Shown piece after piece: positions 26,601-37,619 of a stretch of DNA of 64,000 bases; position 1 is the stretch's first letter, and each line of letters begins with the position of its first letter. The notes under the pieces are model-generated. The model searched no databases and was not told the DNA's origin. It saw only the letters and a list, made by a program, of their open reading frames with translations. The position numbers and the translations under genes were made by a program. Source of the stretch: Protoeuglena noctilucae (taxonomy: Eukaryota); the NCBI GenBank assembly GCA_958009085.1, contig OY253671.1, forward strand, positions 1,364,001 to 1,428,000. The letters are read 5' to 3'.

Positions 26601-27352
26601 GTCGCCCTCGTACTGGCGCATGCGGAGGATCCACCAGGTCTCGTTCCCAGCACGGGGGTAGCATGCGAAGCCCACGTAGTGCAGCAGCCCGCGCTGCCTC
26701 AGCCGATCTGCCAGGAACACCTCCACGTCCAGATCGCGAAGCTGGAGGCCAGGCACGCCCTCGGGCGGAGGCTGCAGCAGCATGACCTTGGCCACCAGGG
26801 TCTCTTGCCCGTACCTCAGCTCCACCACCTGCATGCAAAGCACATGACGGCAGGATGAGGCAGCCAGGATATGCGTGCGCTGGGTGGCAGATGCCCAGAC
26901 TGCCTGCTCACCCTCGTCCCATCAGCTTCTTCTATGTTTTTCTTCATAGCCTGGGGAAGGGAAGATACTCCTGCAGGCCTTCGCTCCCCCAGCGCCCCGA
27001 ACGGCGCAACCTCTACCCCCAGGAAGCTCTTATCCGGCACTATCGCCGTGAAGACTTGACCTTGCGATGGCGATGTCCCCAGCACAGCAGCGTCCGCGAC
27101 GAATGTGCAGGCGCGGCCGGACAAGCAGGATTCGCACCCCGTAATCCATCTGCGAGTGATACGCAAGCAAATATTGACTGCACTACAGCGAGGGGCCTTA
27201 GATCGGGACACGCGCTGATGCAATGAGGGCGGCAAGCCACTGCATGCACTGTTGCGCGCGTTCCCGCCTGACCTCACACTGTCGCCGACCACTTGTACGC
27301 CGAACTGATTCAACACTTGGATCATAAGACCGTCGTCGTTTGGCAGGTGCAT
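17601..27352 (-). CDS. Giant NLR-like protein: Ser/Thr kinase - degenerate alpha/beta region - helical bundle - pseudokinase - MLKL/Cbl-like four-helix bundle and EF-like region - STAND NTPase - TPR array
   Basis: Kinase: VAK, HLDIKPAN, DFG, GTAGYRAPE. Pseudokinase: HGDVRPAT, RAPE, DMYGFG. Walker A GAPDTGKST, Walker B LLVLDKVE. About 42-aa TPRs such as LGASHPRVGNVLGELAKVY and FGPKHSRTCNAVMNKATCL. The separate ORFs join in frame through introns including 23908-23820, 23737-23649, 23217-23129, 23051-22948, 22369-22288, 21093-21002, 20908-20839 and 20732-20641. Confidence 0.8.
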
Positions 27353-27731
27353 GGCCGCCCCTCCACGAGCGAGGCGGCGGCCTCGAATGAGCGCCTCGGG
27401 GCGCGGCTCCATCCTCGCCGGAGAGGGGGCGTGCGCCCCCTCGCGCGACGCTCAGGAGCTACCTATCAACCAAGAGTCAGATGTATACGACTAATCGTTG
27501 GCGGGGTCACACCATGGGCGCCGAATTGCAACCGTGCTTCATGCACTGGCCCGGCACGGCCGATGACCGGCCGCAGGCTCGCACCGAGGTACGCTGCATA
27601 CGACAAATGCTGAGATCTTTCAACGCAGCGGCAAAATCCCGCGGGGCCGCTGACTCTGTCAGAGCAAATTGCATGAAAATACCTGCCCTGCCCGCCAGCG
27701 CCAACGACTGACACAGGAGCTAGTCGTCTGC

Positions 27732-28993
27732 TTAGTGCGAGAGGTGAGACTCGAGGGCGTTAAAGGCCTTGATCCCCTCCTCGTCGCTCTGCAGCCATGC
27801 TGGGCATCGCGTGACTCGCTCGTGCCCGGCCCAGCGCCCCTGACCGGCCCGCCCTCTCCCGCGCGCGCACTCACCGCATCTAGCCACTCCTCCACCTCGC
27901 GGACCTCCGGGATGTAGTGTTTAAGCATGTTTTCCACCCCCGCCTTGAGCGTGACGCTCGAGGAGGAGCAGCCCCTGCACGCCCCCACGAGCTTGAGGCT
28001 CACGACGCCCGTCTCCTCGTTAAACCTCTTAAAGACAATGTCGCCGCCGTCCTCCTGCACGGCGGGACTGCGGAGGCAGACGCGGGGGACGTCATGCACC
28101 CTGGGAGGCACCCACCCTCGCCACCAGAGCCATGCCCCGCACGCCGCACCGGATCCTCGTGTCCAGCAGCTCCTTGATCATCGCCACAACCTCCGAGTCG
28201 TCCTCTGAGATGTGCGTGTCCTGGCTCTGCAGCTCCGCTCCCTCTAGGACCTGCCAGGGGCCAAGAGAGGCTGGGTGTCGAGCAACGCAGCCTGCGGAGC
28301 CTGTCGACCCAGCTCCAACAACGCCTCGCATTGTCACATCACTCACCAGCGGCTCCCCCGATGAGAAATGGTCCATGATGGCTGCGAAGACCTCCGGCTT
28401 GACGATGCCCCACTCGGCTGCCTCGTCCTTGGACACGGTGATGAAGTCCGACCCGAAGAACACATGGCGCACGCCGTCGATGAGGAACAGCTTCTGCGGA
28501 AAGGGTTGAACCGAGGGAGTCGACCGGGAACACCCTCCTGCCACCTTGCCTGGCCAGCGCATCTTGCTAGCCCCAGCGCAATGCGAACCTTGGCCAGCGG
28601 GGACGCCATCGCAGACCGCGCGTCCGGGAAGTCGTACGAGCCCTTCTCCACCACGGGGCGCCCCGGCAAGAACATCAGCGAGTGCTCGTTTGGTGTGTCC
28701 TGGGTCTGAATGAACATCCCCCGCGCTTGCCACAAGCTTCCCTGGAGCGGGCGCCCATCACAGCCCAGCGCCAGCCGAGATCCCGCCGGGTTCGCCCATG
28801 CGCGTCCGAGGGCGCGAAGCCCTGCCAGGTGCGCCCGCGCCCCTTGCGCCGCGAACAGCCAGCGTGCGGACGGCGCCCGGCGCTGCGTCACCGCGCGAGA
28901 GCACGCGGCCGGACCTCTCGTGACGGTATCGAGGCACAGCTGCTCGAGCGCAGTCGAAAGCTGCGCGGCAGCTCGTCGCAAGGCCGCAGTCAT
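27732..28993 (-). CDS. NFU1: Mitochondrial NifU-like Fe-S cluster carrier (NFU1/NFU4 type)
   Basis: [72 protein letters not shown], preceded by a long presequence. Confidence 0.95.
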
Positions 28994-29482
28994 GGTTCTC
29001 TCAGCGTACACCGCGCACCGCCCTCTCACAACACCACGACAACAGCGCACGGATATCCTTTGACGCCGGCACGACTACCGGTAGCCCGGGGATCAAGAGA
29101 TTGGTGAGAAAAGAAGGCGAGGAAATCCTTCCCTTCCTTGCCGCGCAGAATCGAGGTAAAACCGTCGCCAACTGCGCAAGGGCGGGTCCACACAGTCGCA
29201 GATGGGATGGGTTGTGACGGCATTCATGCATGGCGCGAGTTGGGCAACGTCGTCAGCCCCGACGCCGCCAGTGGTGTCAAATGCATCGTCCATTGTCCTG
29301 ATCAGCTTGCCTGCCGAGCAGTTTGTGGCAGCGACCATGTGCACTGAGCTACATTCTGCGCCGGCCTGTGACCCGTAAGCAACGCGAGGAGGCCCAGGCG
29401 TGGCGGCGGCCCACGCCTAGTGGGCCCCGACGCGCGGGCATCCACCCAGTAGCGCTGCGTGTGTCACGGATGAACTGTGTCA

Positions 29483-30370
<888 letters not shown>

Positions 30371-30669
30371 GGCGCGGCGACCGGCGTCCACGATGAGCCT
30401 CACCCGAAACGGGGCTCACTGACATGGGGCCGCGGCTTGGGGCCGCCCGTTTTACGGCGAAGCTGAATGTCATTTACAGCATCTCTGCTCAACGTCCGGC
30501 GCGTCGACCGTGTTAGCTCCGAGAAAACTAGAACACATTTTGAATCCTGCCTGCGCTCCGCGGCGGGCGTTGCGCCCGTGGTCACGGAGTCCTTGCGCAT
30601 AACTTCTTGTCTGGACTCGTGCGCCGGTTTTACTGCGGCGCTTCCGCGGCGCTCGCTGGCGTGCCAGGG

Positions 30670-33600
30670 ATGGCACTAGCAGGCGGGAACCCGCTGCTAG
30701 GGAAGGACGTCCAGCGCGAGCGTGCCGAGCAACTGCGCCAGGAGCTTCGGGAGGAGTACCAGAGGTGTCGCCGGCATGAGCTACGGCGCGATGCTCGCAA
30801 ACCGGGTCGACGCGGGTCTCATCCCTTGCGCCCGAGTCTCGCTTGGCGCAGGTACGTCCAGGCTCAAGGGACGGACCGCCCCCGTATTCACAAATCGAAA
30901 GTAGACGATGGTGGCCTCCAAATCAAGCCGCACCAGGAGCCCGCTCCCCTCCCCAGCGCCCGCAACGCGCCGTCCAGTGCCCGCCAAGCCCCGGTGCGCC
31001 CGCGCCCCGCCGCAAGCGTCCGCTGTCGACAAATGGTGGCTCTGTGCGTGACGATGGCTTCCTTCGCCAGTTGCAGCGGAGGGACGCTGGCTTTGAGGAC
31101 GCCAGGGGTCCGGTGCTGAACCGTCGAGCGTCGGACGACGTGGGGCGGGGCGGGGAGTATGGGGCCGTGAATGGGCGGTGAGGGAGTGTGCGGCGTGACT
31201 GGCGTCAAGCTGGGCTGTCAACTGCCCTAAGTTGTGCCCTGATTTGTGCGAGGCGGTCAGCCATAGCCCCACATGCTGTGCAATTGCAGGGGCGCTCCTG
31301 CTGACAAGGTCGACCCGAAGAAGGCGTACGCAGAAGAGCTCCGTCAGCAGATGCAGGAACGGGAGGAGGCCAAGAAACGCGAGAGGTGCTTGGCATGGCT
31401 TGGACCCCTCGGTGCATCAACGCATCGCTCGTGGCATGTCATCCCTTCCCAATCCACGTCCCGGTCGCAGGGCTGACCGCCTGGGCCTCCCCGCTGGCCC
31501 CCCATCGCCTTCCCGCGCGCCCCGGGCAGACGACCGCCGCCGCCCCGATGCCCCCGCCGACCGCGACCACGGCGCCGGGGCCCGGGACCTCGGCTCGCGC
31601 CTCGAGCGGGCCGATCAGAACGACGCGCGCCGCCAGGAAGCGAGGAGGGAAGAGTCGCGGCGACCGCCGGCCGACCCCTACGCACTGCGGGGTCCCGACC
31701 TGTACGCACCGCCGGGGTATGGCGGCGGGTACTACCCCCCTCCCATGGGCTACCCGGCCCCGGCGTACCCCTCCTACCCGCCCATGCCCTACGTGCCTCC
31801 CATGCCCTACGTGAGCCGCCCGCAGCATGCGCGCCGCGCCTCTCCGCATGCCGCACACTGCGTGGCTGGCCGCCACTGTGGTCCCTCGTGATGTGCCTGC
31901 AGAACCCGTACGCCGCGCCGCCCGCGTTTCCCCCGATGGACTACGGGGGCTACGGCGGCCGCGGCCCGGACGCCTTCAGCCGCGCCCCGCCGCCCGCGTC
32001 GGGCCCCTATGACCGCGACGGGGCACCGAGGGCGGTGCCTCGGGACGTCGTCCGCTTCGGTGAGAGATGAAACATGCTTAGGTGGCGAAGGATGTGAGGG
32101 CCGTGACGCGTTGGGCAGCTTTGTCGTAAGAGCTGTGCGGTGGTCATCCTGCTGGTCCCATGTCTCGCAGCGGACCACGCGGGGGAGGAGCCGCCGCGTC
32201 GCGTGGCGTTGGATCTCGAGACGCCCCGGGACCGGGAGGCTGCAGGGCGGGACGGCGCGAGCGACGGCCGGGGTGCGAGGGGTGGGGGCGGGGCGGGGCG
32301 CGGGGAGGACCCCGGGCGTGGCGCTCTGGCGGCCATTGGGGGCACTCCCTCGGTGCGGGACAAGCGGGCGGAGGAGAGCGATCGCCGGAAGCGCGAGTAC
32401 GCGGACGAGCTGAGGCGGCAGGTCGAGGAGAAGGAGCGCAGGTGTGTGCGAGCATGCGTGGGTGCATGCATGCGTGGGTGGGGACGTGGGCGAACGAGCC
32501 GCACATCTGGGCGCGCAGGAAGCGGGAGGAGAAGGAGCGACTGCGTGCGGAGGAGGACAGGCTGGAGAAGGAGATGCTGTCCAGGCAATGTCACCGCGTA
32601 GCCAGACCTGCCGTCACATGCTTGTCTCCTCTGTTCAGCTCGTCGCCCTCATTCGTTGTACCCCTCCCGTACCTTGCGCAGGGGCGAGTACGGCATCCTG
32701 GGCCGCCGGCAGGGGGGCGGGGGAGCGCCCCAGACGGACGCGGCGGGGAACTTGGTGGCGAGCCTGCAGGAGATGCACTACCATCCCGTGAGCCACGCGG
32801 GGTCGCGGCAGGAGGGGTCGTACGGCAGGGGAGGGCGCGCGCCAGCCCAGGGGTCACCCGGCGGGGCGCCCATGGCTCAGGCCCCGGGGGGTATGGGTGG
32901 CATGGGGCCTCCGGAGGGCGGCCGCGGCCCCGAGCGATCATCCCCCGGCGCCCGCGCGTCCGGCCCGAGCACGAAGGAGGACATGGAGCCCAACTTCCGC
33001 TTCCGCACGGACGACGCGTGGCTGACGCGGGAGGAGCTGGAGCGTCGCCAGAAACAGAAGGCGAGGGAGCAGCTGGGGAGGGAGCAGCTGAGATTTCATG
33101 CCTGTTCACTTCCGGCGGGGAGGCTTGGCGTGCCGTGGGGGGGTGGGGCATGCCGTGTTATGGGTCTTTCGTTGGTCCTTGCAGATGGAGATGCAGGAGG
33201 TTTTGAAGGCACAGATCGAGGAGAAGAAGCGGAGGGATGGGGAGGAGAAGCGGCGGAGGGCGCAGGAGGAGGAAGAGGAGGCGGCGCGGCTGGCAAGGTG
33301 ATGGGCTGGGGTGGAGGCGGATAGCGTGAGGACGGATGCGGGATGGCAAGCGGGATCGCTTGGCTCGCATCTGACCTCGGTGGCGCCGCGCCGCTGCGCC
33401 GCAGGGAGGCAAGGGAGCTGCAGGCCAAGCTGCAGCGGGAGGTGGACGAGGAGAAAAAGAAGAAGGACAAGGAGGACGCCCAGGCTCAGGTGGAGGCGGC
33501 GTGGGCGCAGGCGAACAGTGGGGCGGGGCCCAAGGGCAAGGGTCTCGCGGCCAGGGCCCGGGCGGCGGCGGAGGAGGCGCAGCGGGCGGCTGCGGTGGCA

Positions 33601-35618
33601 CCCGCGGCGGCCCCGTCGCCGCCCCATGCCCCGGCGCACGCGCCCGCACCGCCGGTGCCGGACCTCGACAGGCGCCTCAGGTGCGAATGCTGCCGTTAGA
33701 CGCTCCTGGCCATGTGCCTCGCTCTGCCGTGGGGTGGTCATGGCCCACCTGCTTGGTTGCGCCCGCAGCCGCGCCCACTCGCGGAGTCAGAGCCGGGGTC
33801 CTGGGGAGGACGGCGCCCTCCACGCGGAGACGTCCTTCGAGGCGGCGCCCGTGGACCCGCGCATGGCCGCCAACGCCGGCCCTGCGCTGCGCCGGGAGGG
33901 GCCGGGGCCGCGGACGCAAGAGGCGATCGCCATCGCCGCGCGGTGCGTCTGGCGGCGCGAGACATGGCGCTGGCGGCGCCCGGGTAGGCCGCGCGTTCTG
34001 AGAGCTTCTGAGAGTAGGCTGCCCTGTACCTCTTGCAGTCGCGCTCAGGAGGAGGCGCACCTGGAGGTCGAGAAGCTGAGGATGGAGATGGAGAGGCAGC
34101 TGCGGAGTGCCGTGCAGCGACAGGAGCAGGCAAGTGGAGCAAGCCATGCGCGTAACCATGGCGTCTTGGAACGCAGTGACAGTGGCCTAAGACACCTGCA
34201 ACGATTGAGGTGGCGGGTTGCATGGCGAGCGGATTGCGAGCGGGGCTGTCGTTCGCAGGAGCTGCATGAGCTGCGGCAGCGTGCGCTGCGGGCGGAGATG
34301 GAGGTGGAGCGCGGGCGTGCGGAGCGCATGGAGCTGCAGATGGCGGTGGAGTCTGCGAACAAGGCATTCGACGACCCCGTGTCGATGATGTTCGCCAACC
34401 CCGCCAAGTGAGGCGACAGCACAGCCCCGGCGCGAGCTAGCCCTGCAAGGTACCGATCGCATCACACGTTCTCTCCCCTCCTCTGGCGTCCGCAGTAACG
34501 ACGTGTGGGGTGGCCGGCCCCCCTCAGCCCTCGCGCGCCCGGGCACCGTCGCTGCGTCATTGGCTGCCGACTCGGCCTTCATGCCCATCGGTGGCGGGGG
34601 CGGCATCAGCCTCATGTCCCGGGACGAGTCCATCCGGTGAGTGTCAGCCAGGGCGAGACAATGCACAGGCCCGTAGGCCAGCGGACTGCAGTTGGCGGGA
34701 CTTGAGTTAGCATTGCATAATCTCCCTCGCTCCCTCGCTCGACAGAGAGCTCCTGGAAGCCCCCATCGGCGCCCCTCGCGGCGGGCGCGTGCGGGGCTCT
34801 GCGGAGGTGCGGGGTTCGGCAGAGGCGCGCGGCGCTCCGTCAGCGCTGGCGACGGTGCTGAAGAGCCAGCCCGGCCGCCGCGAGGGCACCCCCGCGGACC
34901 TCGACGCAATATACATGCGGAACATGGCCAAGGCAGAGGCCCTCGACCGCCTCCTGCACGAGGCAAGCGGCGTGGCAATGCGGGCCGAGCGTGCCGTGAC
35001 TGTGCACAGAGTATTGCGTCCACACTTGCCGGCTGGCACTGCGTATTCCATGGCTGATCAAAATGGAGCGCGTGAGCTGACTGTCCGCAGGGGGACGCCC
35101 CGGCGCCCGCGCATGGGCACGTGGAGGCGCCTGGTCCTGGGGCGCGTGGGGCGCCGGTGGGGCCGGAGGAGATGGACCGCTTTTTGGTGGAGTACTCGAG
35201 GGCAGGCGGGGCGAGGGCGTCAGGTGAGAACCGTGGTGGCTAGCGGGCTGACAGCTGGCAAAGTAACTTCGGGTGGCGGGATGGTGCAGCCCACGCCTTG
35301 GGTGGGTGGGCTCGTGAAGAGGCCTGCAAGGGTGCAAAGGTCGTGCTGTTGCCTCGCGCGCAGGTCAGGGCCCCGCGGGCGGGGCGCCGCGGGACAGCGT
35401 GCGCCTCAGCGGGACGTTCGCCAACATCCCTGGGCCGGGCTTCGGGGACTCCCCGCACGGCGCGCATGGAGGGAGCAGGCCAGGTGCGGAGGGTGGAGGG
35501 GGTGTCCCTGGTTCCTTGCCAGTCCCGGCGCAGTGGTGTCGCACAAAGCGAGTCTCACCCTGTGCTGTCCGCAGACACGGCGCTGCCTGGGGTGTCAGAG
35601 CTGCTCCGTGCTGGGTAG
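30670..35618 (+). CDS. CSPP1: Centrosome/spindle-pole-associated protein CSPP1-like (CCDC66/CSPP1 family), many exons
   Basis: Repeated KKAYAEELRQQMQERE, REYADELRRQVEEKE and MQEVLKAQIEEKKRR coiled-coil motifs, plus GRRQGGGGAPQTDAAGNLVASL resembling the CSPP1 GGGGAP-RD-GN motif. Confidence 0.65.
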
Positions 35619-35763
35619 CGCCCTAGGGTGGGGTGATTACTGATAGAATTTGCCATCAGAGGACCCTGGGCTGCAACTGCTTGAACTGGTGGGCCTGAGG
35701 ATATCAAAATGCGGAGTCAGCACTTGTTGAACTGAATGGCGGACACAATCGCACGGCATGGCG

Positions 35764-37114
35764 TCAGTCGCCCTTGGGACGCCCCAACCGCCCTCCATCG
35801 CCGCCGTCCCTCTTAGCAGCGGGCGGTGTGTCGTATGCCTTGGCGTACGTGTAGAGCAAAAAGCCGCCCGTTGCCACTGCGGCCATGCGACACTGGTCAG
35901 GGCTGTGCAACCTTACTCCTCTGGGCGCCTGCTCGCATCACAACAGCGCCACTGGCATGCGGCGGCCTCGCCTGTGTACCCCAGGACCTGTGCTGGGGTG
36001 ACGGACTCTTGGTAGGCGAGGACGCCAAGCAACACGATGGCGACGTTGCGCACCGTGGCCCACACCTTGACCGTGAGAGACCCAGCAGCACGGACGGCCA
36101 GGAAGGCAGTGGCCTGCACGGCTGCCGAGGACAGCACCTGCGGCAACGGACGACAGTGTGAGCGCGGCAGAGCGGGCACGACGGCCGAACCGGGGCGCAG
36201 GTGGCAATTGTGCTTAGTATCAAGTCACCAGCAGGGAGAAGAGGGCCGGGTGCCTCAGGACCGGCCACATGGGGCCCCTGCTGCCTGGGGTGCCCCCCGC
36301 GAGGTCCGCCTCGTGTGCAGCCTGGAGACGCAGGATCTCTGGCACCTCGTACATACCCGCAAAGATCCCTGCGAGGAGAGGGTCGTGGGCCCATGCCACA
36401 CGCGTTGCGGCGGGAGCAACAGCACTATGCACGCCCACCCTCTGCGCTGCGCTGCGCACCGAGCATGAGTGCCTGGAGGGGTGCCACGAACGCCAGCGCC
36501 TCGACGGTGTCGAGCCCGCGTGCCCCGTGCATGTTGGCCTGCATAAGCACGACCCGCAGGCTCTCGGCAAGGACGGACGCCATCATCGCAGCGATGCCGA
36601 GGAGCGAGAAGCTGGGCTTGTCCGCCTCGAGCAGCGCGCAGGCGCCGGTGCCCGCGGCGATGAGGGCAACGCCGGACGCGGAAGCCAGGGACCAGGGCTC
36701 GAGGCCGCACGCCACGAGCATCGCCATCGTGACGGCGGGCATGGCGGCTTTGATGATCTGGATGAAGGCCATGGAGAGGAGACCGTAGCTGAGGTTGCCC
36801 AGGTACAGCGCAGCTGCCCCGAGGGCCGCCATGGGCACGATGGCCGTCAGGGAGCGGTGCAGGGACGGGACGATGCGTCGGGCTGGGGGGCGCGCCGACC
36901 ACAGCAAGGCGCCGGCGAGGCCAGACGCGGCTGAGCCTGCCACGCACAGCGTGCAGGGGAAGTTGAAGCGGAGCTCCACGGCTGCAGTCCGCTGCAGCAC
37001 GACCATGAGCGACGAACAGCCCATCCACAGGGCCACGCTGGCTATGGCCGCTGCGAGAAGGGCCGGGGCGGGGCTGTGTGCTGCGGAGGATGTGAAGCTT
37101 GGAAGACATGGCAT
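35764..37114 (-). CDS. TPT / nucleotide-sugar transporter family membrane protein
   Basis: FNFPCTL, LYLGNLSYGLLSMAFIQIIKAAMP, LAESLRVVLMQ, GSLTVKV, and after splicing QVLGYTVATGGFLLYTYAK. Many hydrophobic helices. Confidence 0.85.
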
Positions 37115-37619
37115 CAATCTGCACGATCCGCACCTCCGGCGCGGCCCATCCCGCTGAACAACGACATTGGTCGTTCACGCTTCGCATCGAGCGTCGGCGA
37201 GCACGTCGAGGACGTCTCCGCATGTCCTGCTGCTGCTGCTGCTGTAGTCAGGACGTTTGTAGAGGCCGGGGGCACCACTTTCGGCCGCAATTACCACTTG
37301 GAGTGTCACTCCTGGTGAGCCAAACGTTTTCCACAGTTTGGTGCTCGCGTCCACGCCAACCAGGGCTAAACTTGGCCAATCCGTTTCACAATGCTACTTA
37401 TCGCGGATTTCTTTACTGCAATGATGACTTGGCAACTGGCGAAGCTTCAGCCCCACGAGCTCGAATGCAGGAAACGAGGCGACACACTTGCGAGGAGCGA
37501 CATTTGCACATGCCCGGCTGCAAAGCACGGCTGTGTTGCATGGCTCATCAGCTGGCTACCAAAGAAACGGAGGGGCTGAACGGGGCGGGTGTGGATGGCA
37601 AGGTGGCGCAAAGCAGCCG

